This document shows, one piece after another, positions 1 through 14,800 of a stretch of DNA of 64,000 nt. This DNA comes from an uncultured bacterium (GTDB lineage: Bacteria > Krumholzibacteriota > Krumholzibacteriia > JACNKJ01). The translations under genes and the position numbers were made by a program. Where the stretch lies: assembly GCA_963695095.1 (NCBI GenBank), contig CAVOFT010000001.1, forward strand, positions 2,144,001-2,208,000, read 5' to 3'. Positions within the stretch are counted from its first letter, which is position 1. Every line of letters starts with the position of its first letter. Under the pieces are notes generated by a model. That model searched no databases, was not told the DNA's origin, and saw nothing but the letters and a program-made list of their open reading frames with translations.

Positions 1-71
1 ATGTTCAGATCGGCGGCCCCGGCCACGCTTGTCGGCGCCCCGGCGCGCAGGCGTGAAGTGGACAGAGGCAT
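1..71 (-). CDS. ExbD/TolR family biopolymer transporter, 5' fragment (runs off window start)
   Basis: ATG at 71 with GAGGAG RBS; translates MPLSTSRLRAGAPTSVAGAADLN(I/M), the ExbD-like DLN(I)TP lead-in; directly downstream of the exbB-like gene. Confidence 0.7.
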   Translation of the reverse strand, partial: MPLSTSRLRAGAPTSVAGAADLN

Positions 72-153
72 GGGCTGCTCCTCGATCAGCGAGCGCCGGC
101 GCGCGGCAGCGGCGCTCCCTTCAGGCGGCGCCGGCAGTCCGCGCCGCGCGCGC

Positions 154-825
154 CTAGGCCGAAATGCGACCGGCGACCACGCCCGAGGTCTCGGGGCGAT
201 TCTCCAGGTAGTTGAGCAGGCGCAGCGCGCCGGCGTCGAGATCTTCCGCCCGCCGCGCCTGCATGCCGGCCAGGAGCGCGTGCGCCGCCAGACAGGGGAT
301 CGCGATCAGCAGACCGAAGGAGGTCGTGTTCATCGCCTGCGCGATGCCCCCGGCCAGGACGGCTGCCTTCTCGGTGGCATCGGTCAGGGCCAGGGAGCGA
401 AAGGCCGCCTGGAGACCGAAGATGGTGCCGAGCAAGCCGGCCAGGGTGGCCAGGTTGGCGAAGGTCTGCAGGTAGCCCAGCCGGCGCGTGAGGCGCGGCA
501 CCTCGTGGATGGCCGTCTCGTCCACCGCCTGGCGGATCTCGTTCATCGCGTAGCCGTCGCGATAGCGCTCGATGGACACGCGCAGAATGGCGTTGAGCGG
601 TCCGCTGCCCGCCGACACTGCACGCAGCGCGAGCTCCGACTGATCGGCGTTGAGCGCCTTGACCGCCGCCGGCACCAGGGCCGCCGCGCGATCGCGACAG
701 ACGACGAGGTAGAAGTGCAGGCGCTCGGCGATCACCGCCACAGCGCTGCCGATGATGGCGAGGATGGGCCACATCATGGTGCCGCCGTCGGCGAAGTAGC
801 GCGCCAGGGTGTCGAACATTGCCAT
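154..825 (-). CDS. MotA/TolQ/ExbB proton channel family protein
   Basis: GGTMMWPI N-terminus, ATLAGLLGTIFGL and GIAQAMNTTSFGLLIAIP TM motifs; alternative start at 819. Confidence 0.92.
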   Translation of the reverse strand: MAMFDTLARYFADGGTMMWPILAIIGSAVAVIAERLHFYLVVCRDRAAALVPAAVKALNADQSELALRAVSAGSGPLNAILRVSIERYRDGYAMNEIRQAVDETAIHEVPRLTRRLGYLQTFANLATLAGLLGTIFGLQAAFRSLALTDATEKAAVLAGGIAQAMNTTSFGLLIAIPCLAAHALLAGMQARRAEDLDAGALRLLNYLENRPETSGVVAGRISA

Positions 826-1033
826 CCTTTCGGGGGCGCTCAGGCGTGCAAGGCACCCCTCTCGCTACGGCCTGCGAGTTGCCCTTCGCCCCCTGGTCTC
901 CCGGAATCCGCCCGCCCTGGATGCGGGCTCGGTGCTGCGTAGCGCGCCGCCGGCGGCGCGCAACCCGTGCCGCCCTCGCTGCCGCCCCGCTGTCGGCGGC
1001 ATGGCGACCTGGTGAGCACCACGCGTAGGGCAT

Positions 1034-1062
1034 ATTATCGCAGGCGCGGGCCGATGCGTCAA
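1034..1062 (-). promoter_or_regulatory. sigma70-type promoter for exbB-exbD
   Basis: TTGACG-17 bp-GATAAT with TG extended -10 on the minus strand. Confidence 0.7.
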
Positions 1063-1069
1063 CCGCGCC

Positions 1070-1100
1070 GCGCCGCAAGCGCGCAAGCGCCTTGCGGCGC
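1070..1100. terminator. GC-rich hairpin downstream of the long minus-strand operon (possible terminator, no clear U-tract)
   Basis: Inverted repeat GCGCCGCAAG ... CTTGCGGCGC. Confidence 0.35.
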
Positions 1101-1149
1101 CGCACTTGCAGTTCCTCGCAACGCTTGCCCCAGGCGGCACAGCGCGGCG

Positions 1150-1431
1150 CTAGGCGCCCGGATCGACCTCGTCGTCCCCGACGCGCTCGACGCTGATGAT
1201 GCAGCTGGTCATCAGCGCGGCGAGGGCGCCGACCGCGGCCAGCACCGGTGCCAGCAGGCCGACCACCACCCCCATCGTGAGCGGGATCTCGATCAGGGGC
1301 CGACCGGCTTCGTTCTTGATCGTGATGCGGCGAATGTTCCCCGCATGCAGCAGTTCCTTCACCTTGGCCACGAGCTTGTCGCCGTGGATCGAGAACTCCT
1401 CGGTGTGCACGCGCTTGTCGGGCATCTGCAT
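1150..1431 (-). CDS. DUF4342 domain protein
   Basis: EEFSIHGDKLVAKVKELLHAGNIRRITIK...LIEIPLTMGVVVGLLAPVLAAVGALAAL pattern; alternative start at 1425. Confidence 0.85.
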   Translation of the reverse strand: MQMPDKRVHTEEFSIHGDKLVAKVKELLHAGNIRRITIKNEAGRPLIEIPLTMGVVVGLLAPVLAAVGALAALMTSCIISVERVGDDEVDPGA

Positions 1432-1443
1432 CCTCTTTCAGGT

Positions 1444-5968
<4,525 letters not shown>

Positions 5969-5982
<14 letters not shown>

Positions 5983-8900
5983 GGCTCTCCAATCGCAGGC
6001 GCTGGCGAGGCGGCTCGCCCGATTCCTCGCGCAGCTCGTAGCGCACGCTGAGAGTGAGGTTGGCGCCCGCCTGGGCCGTTGCCTCCAGGCGCAGCATTCG
6101 CGTCCAGCCCGGCGCAGCGAAGAACCAGGGCCGGCCGGCCTCCGGATCGCCCTCGCCGTAGCTGCTGTGGCTGAACTCCCAGCGGCCCTCCAGACGCAGG
6201 CTGGCGATGGGCGTCAGGGTCAGCCCCGGCTCGAGGGCCAGGGCGCGCCGCGCCAGGCCGCGCAGGGCATCCCGCTGCCAGAGGGCCTCCAGGCCGGCCA
6301 GCGCGCTGAGCCGGCCGGCCAGGTGCTGGGTGCCCTCGAGGCCGGCCGCTCGCTCGCTTACCCGGTAGCTGCCGCCGGCGCCGAAGGCGGCCTGGCCGCT
6401 GCGGCGGCGCTCGGCCAGGCGCAGGCTGGCCTCCAGGCTGCTGCGCTCCCCGCCCCGGCGCGCGCGCAGCTCGTGGCTGCCCTCGCGCTCGCTCAGCTCG
6501 CCTGCGCTGTCGCGGCCGTCGAGGCGATCGAGCCGACGGAGCCGATAGCGCAGTTCCAGGCCGCCGCGGGCCGGACGCAAGCGCAGTTCCTGGAGCAGTT
6601 CCAGGCTCCCCAGCAGGGTGCTGCCCGATCGGCGGAGGCGGCTGAAGTCCAGGCGGGCGAGGCGCCAGGGCTCGGCGTCGCGATTCTCCTCGCGCAGGGT
6701 CAGGCGCGACTCGCTGCCCAGGCGGCGGAACCAGGCTCCCTCGCGGGCCTCGAGGCGCTCCAGCCGCGCTTCGAGCTCGAGGTTCTGCGTGCGCACCGCC
6801 TCCTCGGCCAGCACGCTCAGGCGCCGCCAGTCGCCCTCGCCCTCGCCGACGAAGATGCCGTCTTCATTGAGATCGCCCAGGCCCAGGCCGACGAAGACGA
6901 GTCGGCTCTGGCGCAGGCGCTGGCGCTGGCTGCCGAGGCGGTAGCGCGTCTCGCCGCCCCAGCCGCCCGCGCGGGCCAGCCAGCTGCCCCGCGCCTCGGC
7001 CTGGAATTGCTCGCTGTCCAGCCCGCCGCGGCGGCGCTGATAGTGGGCGCTGGCCTCCAGGCGGCCCGCGCCCGGCAGCGCGCCCTGGTGGCCCGCGCGC
7101 AGGCGGCGCAGGCGATCCGTCCCCGTGCCGGGTGAGGCGATGCGCTCCTCGCGCCAGCTCAGGGTCCAGGGGGCGGCCTGGCCCCGGCTGCCCAGGCGCA
7201 GCTCGACGGCGCCCCGATCGTGATTGCCGCGCTGCTCGGGAACGCGCAGGGAGTCCAGGCTGTCGGGTCGCGCCAGACGGGCCCTCGTCCCGTCCACGCT
7301 GATCGCGCGCAGGAGGGGCAGCGCCAGCCCGAGCTCGAGACGACCGTCCTGCTTCTCGCCCGCGCCGAGCAGGGAGTCCCGGCTGGCCATGGCGGCGGCA
7401 TCGCCGCGCAGGGCGAGGCCGCCCAGGTCCAGGCCGCCCGCCAGGGTGCCGCGCCGGCCGTCGAAGCGCTCGCCCAGCTGCAGGGTCTCCAGCGTGGCGC
7501 CCAGGCGCGCCTGGGGCCGCTCGCCCCAGTCCAGGCCCAGGAGCAGGCGGTCCTCGCTCAGGAGGCCCGGATTCCAGGGCAGGTTCCAGAGCCGGTACTC
7601 GGCGGCGCCGCGGCGGGCGCCTGGATAGCGGAAGCGCGCCTCCTGGCGTTCGGCCTCCAGGCGCAATCCGAGCGGTGCGCCGGCGGGCCGGCCCAGGCGC
7701 CCCGTCAGGCCGGCCCGCAGGGCGAGGCCCTGATTGTCGCCGTCCTGTCGGGACGAGAGCAGGTTGGCGTCCTGGTCGCTGAGGGCCAGCTCGAACTGGC
7801 TCGTGAAGCGCTCGTTCGCCCAGGCCAGGCGCAGGCTCTCGAGCCGATAGGCCTCGGGCAGGGCGAGCTGCTCGCCGAGCGCGAAGCTGCCGGCGCCCGT
7901 CGGATCATAGGCGAAGTAGCGCTCGCCATCCGCGCTCACCCCGGCCGCCCGGTAGTCGCCGGCGCCGGCGCCCACGTCGCGGAAGCGCAGGTTGTAGTCG
8001 CCGAGCGAGTCCACCCAGGCATAGGTGGCGGCCAGCGGATCCTCGGGATCCTCGTGCGTCAGCACGTAGCGGCCGGCGCCGGGCGCGAAGCTGACGCCGC
8101 CCGTGACGGCCAGGGCCGGATCGTCGCCGGCGGCGGCGAGCGCGGCGCGGCGCTCGGCATCGAGGCCGAAGGCCAGGGGGCGCTCGGGATCGTCCTCCTC
8201 GGCGAAGTGCAGCAGGTCCACGGCGACGGCGCCCAGCCGCCCGCGGGCGCTCGCGCCCCAGGCGCCGCGCTCCCAGCTCTCCTGCGAGTAGCGGAAGTCG
8301 ACGCGGATGATGTCCCCCTCGCTGATCGGCTGACCGGTGGCGAAGCTGAGCGTGCCCAGGTCGTAGTCGATGACGTAGTCCCGCTCGCGCCCGCGCGTGA
8401 GCAGGCGGCCGTTGAGGTGCACGCTCTCGCTGCCCGCCAGGACGACGGCGCCGTCGTCCCTGAGCGCGCTCAGCAGCTCGTAGGGCCCTTGCAGTCCCTC
8501 GCTGCCGCTGAACTCGAGACTCTGGAAGAGCCCCTGGCTCTTGGCGAGCCAGAGCCCCGTCGCGCCATGGCTTCCCTGCCATTCGCCCTGGATGCCCTGG
8601 AAGTCGCGCTCGAAGGGCGTGAGCACCCGCCCCGGCGCCGTGAAGACGAAGTCCCCCACGCGCGCGCGACCGGCCGGGCCGCGAATCTCGAGGAAGACCT
8701 TGTCCAGCTCGTCCAGGCGCTCGGTGTTGCCCTCGGGCTGGAAGGGCAGGTCGTCGTCGCGCAGCACGGCCTCGACGCGCGTGGAATCGCCGATCTGACC
8801 CTCGAGCTGGAGGCGCAGGCTCTGCTCGAGCGCCAGATTCTCACCCTCGCCCATGCGCAGCACCAGGGACTTGCTGCCGCCCATGTTGAAGGCCGCCGGC

Positions 8901-9380
8901 ACGGTCGGCGCGCTCCCCGCCGGCGACCGAGACCCCCGGCGGCGCGGCAGCCGCGTCCGCTGCTGTCAGCTCGGCGAGCAGGTCCTGCCAGGAGCGGAAG
9001 GGCGCCAGCTCGAGACGGCGCGGCAGATTCCCCGGACGCCGCGCCGCCCGCAGGCTGAGCAGGGCGCCGGGCGCGGCCTCGCTCAGCTCGAGCAGGCCGC
9101 TCGCGGGATCGAGCCGATAGTCGCGGCCCGGCTCGAGTCGCTCGCCGTCGAGGCGGATCTCCTCGCTGCCGGGCACCAGGGCCCTTTCGCCCAGATCGAT
9201 GCGGCGCTCCTCGGGCCCCAGTCGGCGGCTGAGCTGCAGGCTCAGAAGCTCCGCGAAGGCGCCGCCCGCGAGCGAATCCGGGGCCGCCGCCTGGCCAGCG
9301 GCTGCGGCGCCCGAGTACGAGAGCGAGAGACCGCAGAGGACCAGGAGACCAAGGCGCAGGGGGGCCGGCGGCAGGTGCAT
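5969..9380 (-). CDS. Large outer-membrane beta-barrel protein (~1137 codons) with two SprA-like repeats; one-base frameshift between 8900 and 8965
   Basis: ORF from ATG 9380 (signal peptide) joins ORF 5969..8902; span 3412 nt = 3n+1; two GSE.(I/V).L.G..L..G(RE)RDY.(L/I)D...G.L.(L/F) repeats; ends RLESRAFF (beta-signal). Confidence 0.75.
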
Positions 9381-10258
9381 CAGGGCCCCTCGTCCCCCTC
9401 CGGGCTCAGGTCGAGGAGCCAGGCCGCGTCCGCGTCCTTGAGCACCAGCAGCGCGCCTTTGGGCTGGCGCCGCAGGCCGAGCTGCAGCTCGCCGCCCGCG
9501 GGGTCGTGGGCGACGAGGAGCTGATCGCGCTCGTCGACGGCCAGGGCGATGGCACCCGGCGGCAGGCCGAGGCGCCAGCTCCCCAGCGGATTGCCCGCGC
9601 CGTTGAGATGGTGCAGGCGGACGGGCCAGCCTTCGGCGAGGTAGAGTCCCCCTTGCTCGTCGGGACACCAGTCCAGCACGGGGCCCCGGTAGCCGGGCAG
9701 GCGGCGCGCCAGCTCCCAGGACTGCAGGCGCTGGCCGCCGCGGCTGAGAACGAGAAAGCGGCCGCTCTGCTCCTCGCTGATCCACAGGCGGCCGCCGCGA
9801 TCCGCGCGCAGCCCGCGCCAGAGGCCGGACTCGGGAAGGGCCCAGCGCTCCTTGGCTTCACCGCGGCGGCCCAGGCGCAGGACGGTCCGGCCGCCCTCGA
9901 CGAGCAGCAGCCAGTCCGGACCGTCGGCGGCCACCGCCTCGGCCCAGTCGCGCGTGGCCAGGTCGCTGCTGAGCAGGCGGCGCGGCAGGCTGTCCCCCTC
10001 GGGAATCAGGCGCAGGGCGCCGTCGGCATCCAGCAAGAGCAGGTCCCCGCCGAAGCCGCCGAGGGCCATGTCCCGCGCCGCCGCGAGCGGGATGCGCCCG
10101 AGGGTGCGCAGGGAATCCGCGCGCAGAGCGGTGCCGGCCCCATAGCGGTAGATCCGCGCCGCCGGTGCGAGCGGAGCGCTCCGATCGGGAGCAGCCGCGC
10201 CCGAGAGCAGGGCGGCCAGGGCGAACAGGTGAAGGCCTGCGGGGATCCCGCGCATCAT
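9380..10258 (-). CDS. Secreted NHL/beta-propeller-like protein
   Basis: Signal peptide; repeated blade-like units (LRADRGGRLWISE, DEQGGLYLAE, LAVDERDQLLVA); TGATG overlap with the next gene. Confidence 0.65.
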   Translation of the reverse strand: MMRGIPAGLHLFALAALLSGAAAPDRSAPLAPAARIYRYGAGTALRADSLRTLGRIPLAAARDMALGGFGGDLLLLDADGALRLIPEGDSLPRRLLSSDLATRDWAEAVAADGPDWLLLVEGGRTVLRLGRRGEAKERWALPESGLWRGLRADRGGRLWISEEQSGRFLVLSRGGQRLQSWELARRLPGYRGPVLDWCPDEQGGLYLAEGWPVRLHHLNGAGNPLGSWRLGLPPGAIALAVDERDQLLVAHDPAGGELQLGLRRQPKGALLVLKDADAAWLLDLSPEGDEGP

Positions 10259-10287
10259 GGCTCCTGCGTGGGGGCGGCGGCGCCGGG

Positions 10288-11124
10288 TCAGAAGCTTCGC
10301 ACCCAGCCCAGACGCAGCATCAGACCCTCAGGCGCCGGGAGGGCGCCGATCTGGATGCCGCCGCTGTCGCCGGCGGCCTCGCGCTCGAGCCCGCCCCGGA
10401 TGGCCTCGCGCTCCCGATGCAGGCGCCAGACGTCCACCAGGCTCACCACGCGATTCACCAGCAGGGCGTAGAGGGTGTAGGTGGCGCGGCGCTCGGCGTT
10501 GTTGCTGGCCTTGCGCTTCTCGAGGTAGGCCCCGCGCCTCGCGTCGCTGTTCCAGTCCCAGGCGAGGCCCTCGCCGATCTCGTTGTCGGCGATGTAGGCG
10601 TAGTAGTCGTCCGTGCCATAGCCGTACTCGCGCCGCGCCTGGTAGCGCAGCCACTCGTTGTAGTCGAGCCAGCTCGCATGCTGGCCGACGGCCTTCCAGT
10701 AGTCGTCCGGGTGCTCGCCGCCCGCGACGCCGGCGAAGACCTGGGCCATCTCGATGTAGTTCTCCCGGCGCAACCACTCCTGGGTCTTGAAGCTGCCCCA
10801 GGTGCCCCAGGTCGCCGCCTCGGCGCCCATGAAGACGAGGCCCCTTCCGGGCGCGCCCAGGTGGCGCTGGCCGAGTCCCGGCAGCAGCGCACTGCGCCAG
10901 AGCGCGCTGACGAGGCTGCGTTCACCGCTCGGCCGCTCCTGGATGCCCAGGCTGCCCTGCGGCTTCGGCTCGCCGCGCTGCCAGGCGAGGGGACGCGCGA
11001 GTTCGCCGAGCGGAGGCTCGGCCGCTCGGCTCGCTGCGGCACTGCCCGCCAGCAGGACGAGGGCGAGGGCCAGGATCGATCGCCGGCCGCACCAGGGCGC
11101 GTTCAGGGCTGCTCTGCTGCTCAC
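10288..11124 (-). CDS. DUF5683-like envelope protein (paralogue 2)
   Basis: Signal peptide, ALWRSALLPGLGQ motif, NRVVSLVD, C-terminal LRLGWVRSF. Confidence 0.7.
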   Translation of the reverse strand: MSSRAALNAPWCGRRSILALALVLLAGSAAASRAAEPPLGELARPLAWQRGEPKPQGSLGIQERPSGERSLVSALWRSALLPGLGQRHLGAPGRGLVFMGAEAATWGTWGSFKTQEWLRRENYIEMAQVFAGVAGGEHPDDYWKAVGQHASWLDYNEWLRYQARREYGYGTDDYYAYIADNEIGEGLAWDWNSDARRGAYLEKRKASNNAERRATYTLYALLVNRVVSLVDVWRLHREREAIRGGLEREAAGDSGGIQIGALPAPEGLMLRLGWVRSF

Positions 11125-11125
11125 G

Positions 11126-11890
11126 CTACCAACTCCTCGTCAGGGCAAGTCGCCAACTCGTTCCGCGCGCATCCCGGGGACTGAAGTCCAGACGCCAGGC
11201 CTCGTCCAGCCCGGCCCGATCGCCGCCGGCGCGATCCAATCGCCGCAACAGGATGTAGGTATCGGCCAGGGACACGACGCGCGCGGCGACGAGCGCGAAG
11301 ATGAAAGCCTCCGCGCGATCGAAGGCCCTGTTGCTGTCCTTGCGCAGGCCCGTGTAGAGGTAGCGGCGGACCGAATCGTCGCTGCCTTCATCGTAATCGT
11401 CCCAGCCCCAGCGGTACCAGTCGTACTTGCCCAGGTTCTCGTAGTAGTGCTGGGGATCCTCGTGGTAGGGCGCGAAGTGGCTCTCCATGTAGCCCTCGTG
11501 ATCATCGTGGAGAAATTCCATCGCGCTGGCGAGGGTGTCCGGCCAGGCGAGCGCCGCCCACTGGTCGTCCGTGACCCAGTAGAGCCACTCGGGCACGCCC
11601 TCCGCCTGCCGATTCCAGGCCGAGGCCCAGCGGGCCTCCTCCCAGTGCGCCTCGGCATAGGCCTCGTAGTCGTGCCGCAGCTTGAAGCCCTGGTCGCGGT
11701 AGTAGAAGTTGCCCGCCCAGCAGCCGGCCTCGACGGCGAACTGCCCGACGGCGCGGCCCCGATAGCCCAGGCTCCACTCGCCGAGACCGGGCAGGAGCAG
11801 CGAGTAGAGCAGAGGCCGGCCCTCGAGGGCGGTCGCCGGCGGCGCCAGGGCCAGCAGGGCGAGAAGCAGAGCGGCGAGGCGCGCCTTCAT
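11126..11890 (-). CDS. DUF5683-like envelope protein (paralogue 1)
   Basis: ATG 11890 overlaps the upstream stop (ATGA); signal peptide MKARLAALLLALLALA; YSLLLPGLGE, ARVVSLAD; ends WRLALTRSW. Confidence 0.7.
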   Translation of the reverse strand: MKARLAALLLALLALAPPATALEGRPLLYSLLLPGLGEWSLGYRGRAVGQFAVEAGCWAGNFYYRDQGFKLRHDYEAYAEAHWEEARWASAWNRQAEGVPEWLYWVTDDQWAALAWPDTLASAMEFLHDDHEGYMESHFAPYHEDPQHYYENLGKYDWYRWGWDDYDEGSDDSVRRYLYTGLRKDSNRAFDRAEAFIFALVAARVVSLADTYILLRRLDRAGGDRAGLDEAWRLDFSPRDARGTSWRLALTRSW

Positions 11891-14800
11891 CGCAGCACCG
11901 CCAGTCGCCGCAGGCTGTGCTTGCCGGCGGACTCGATGCGCCCGAAGTAGACGCCGGCGGCGAGGCTGCGCAGCTCGAGCGGAATCTCGAAGGGGCCGTC
12001 CGTCGCCGCTATCGCCTCGCGGGTGAACTTGAGCTGGCCCTCCAGGTCGAAGAGCTCCAGGCGCACGCGCGTCCCGGCCGGCACCGCCGGATGGTGCAGC
12101 CGGCAGTTGCTCGCCGCGGGGTTGGGATAGAAGAGCCAGCCCTCGCTGTCCAGGTTCGCCAGGTCCTGGATCGGATGCTGGCGCTGCCAGCGCCCCTCGC
12201 GGGCGAAGCCGCCGCCGCCGGCCCCCCACTCCGGCGCCGCGGGCGTCGCAGCGCCCGTGAAACCGAGAAGGAAACCGTCGCGGCTGATCGCGAAGACCTG
12301 GCCGCCCAGGCTGATCAGATCCTGGACCGGCGCCGCGGCGAGCGAGCGGGGCGTGCCGAGCAGGGGCCGGCCGCTGGCGCCAACGACGATGAGGTGGCCC
12401 GAATCGCCGAAGAGGATCAGCTCGGCGATGCCGTCGCCTGTCATGTCGGCGGCCCGCAGGCCGGAGCCCAGGCGCATCGGCGGGTCGAGGTCGGCCAGCT
12501 CGCCCAGGCGCAGCGGCCAGTCGGCGTAGGCGAAGCCCTCGGGGCTGAGGCGGTGCACGCGATCGCCCGCGGCGAGCAGGAACTCGGGCTGGCCGTCGCC
12601 GTCCAGGTCCGCCACGGCCGGGTCGGCGCTGAGGCGATCGCCCGCCAGCGGCGCCGCGAAGCGGGGCGTCCAGCCTTCCTCGCCCAGGGTGACCGCGCGG
12701 CCGTCGACGTGGATCCAGAAAAGCTCGTCGGGGCTTTCGAAGCCGTCGCCGTCCAGGTCCAGCGGGCGGATCCAGAAGGGGCCCTCCCCCGGGTCGGGCA
12801 GGCCCAGGCGCGAGGTCGCCGCCGCGCCGAAGGGATCGACGAGGCTGAGCGTGTCGTCCACGGCGACGCCCACGCGCGTGCCGGCGGCGGTCTCCACGCG
12901 CACCAGCGGCGCGGAGACGCCCGCGCGCCCCCGCCGCGCCGGCGGGTCGAGGGACAGGGCGTTCAGCGGGCCCGGCGCCAGCGCGCCGCGCCGATAGCTC
13001 AGCGGGAGCAGATAGAGCAACTCGTCCTCGCCGAGCCAGAGCAGACGGGCGCTTGCCGTCTCGGCGTCGAGCAGGGCCAGCGGCAGCGAGGCCGGCGCCG
13101 CCGGCAGCTCGAGGCCGAAGAGCGCTTCCGGCACGGCGCCGGCGACCTCCGGCCCCCAGGCGAGCAGGGAATCCGAGGTGAGCAGGAACCAGGCGGGCTC
13201 GCCCAGCCCCGGCGCCTCGAGCAGGGCGCTGCCGGCCAGGGTGCTGCTGAGCCGGCGGGGCGGCTGCGGCGCCAGCGGCGGCTCGGCGTTGGCCGCGCTG
13301 CCGCTGAAGAGCAGATGCGTCTGCAGCAGGGTGTCGGGATCCAGCGAGTCCATCGCGTAGCCCAGCCAGAGCGAAGCGCCGTCGACGAGGGGGAGCAGGC
13401 TGCCCGCCGCCGGCAGCACGGCGAGCACGTCCGCCACCGCCTCGCGATCGTCGCGGGGCAGGCCCTCCGGCACGCCCGCGCGGGCGATGCGGAAGCTGAT
13501 CGTGGAGTCCACGAAGGCATCGCTCAGCAGATAGGGGCTCGTCACCAGCTCCGTGAGGCGGAAGCCCGAGGCCGTGCCGTCGCGCAGGCGCGTGTCGGGA
13601 ACGCCCGTCTCCAGCCACTCGGTGACGTTGCCCGTGTAGAAGGGATCGCGATCGCCGCCGCGCCACTCGAAGGAGTAGGGATCGCCCAGGTCGGCCGTGC
13701 CGTCGGCCTCAACCAGGCTCACGTGCTTGTCCCCGTCGAGATTGATGATGTTCAGCGGATAGAGCGTCTCGAAGTTGCGCTCGTCGACATGCCAGGCGAG
13801 CAGGCCCGACTGCGGCAGGAAGAGGTCGTACTCGCCGCTGTTCTCGGCGCTGTCCGGATAGGCGGGGAAATCCTTGGACACGAACTGGAAGACGCCCGTG
13901 TCGCCGTCACGCTTCACGTAGCGATTGCCCCGGAAGAGCAGCTCCTGGCGGTTCTCGAGCAGAAAGTATTCACGTTCGCTCAAGTCGAGTCGCAGGGCCT
14001 TGACGCCGCCGGGCTCCTGCACGTTGCAGGCGGTGAGCGTCACCTCGTGCTCGCCGCCGCCGGGCCGGGCGAGGCTAGCATCGCCCGCCTCCACCCAGCC
14101 CAGGAGCATGCGGTGCCAGATGGCGAAGCTCGTCGGCAGCGCGCCGTAGACGTAGATCGGGTTGTCCGGGTCCTCCGCGGTCTGGAAGCCGAAGAGGATC
14201 TGGTGGCCGCTGTCCATCAGGTCCCAGTAGCCCACGCTCGGCCAGCCCCAGTAGGTGTTGTAGGTGTCGGCAAGGTCGAGCTGGTGGCCGAACTCGTGGG
14301 CCGTGACCGCATTCAGCGCGCCGTAGACGGGCGAGGCCGGATCGGTGTCCTGCGTGGTGGTCTCGGGCAGGAGCAGCACCGAGCCGAGCGGGCGGCTGCC
14401 GCCGTCCACCAGCGGCGGATCGCCGAAGAAGATGTTGAAGCTGGGCAGATCATTGGGACTGTCGCCGAAGATGTCGTTCTGCAGATCGCTGCCCGCGTGG
14501 AACACCATGACGTGGTCGTAGTCGGCGAAGCGCGGGCCGCCGGCCTGTGCCTGCAGGGCGGCGTCGATGCTGTCGACAGCCGTGCGCACGAAGGCCTCGA
14601 GCAGCTCGAGCGTCCAGAAGTCGCCCGGCTCCCCCGGCCCGTAGTCGGCGATGTCCGGCAACAGGAAGAGCCCGCCGTCGGCCGCAGGCCCCGCCACGAT
14701 GTCCCAGTCGATCACCAGGCGGCCGTAGCTCTGGATGCGGTAGAACTCGCGCATGGCGCGCATGTGCGCATCGAAATAGGCGGCGTCGTGGGGCGGCGGA

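Noticed and set aside
868..905. Glycine or c-di-GMP riboswitch call upstream of exbB
   Set aside because: Only partial motif resemblance, with required stems missing; kept only as a generic structured leader.
11126..13666. 846-aa ORF as a single gene
   Set aside because: Only 11126-11890 is real; the upstream part is an alternate frame inside the M6 protease gene.
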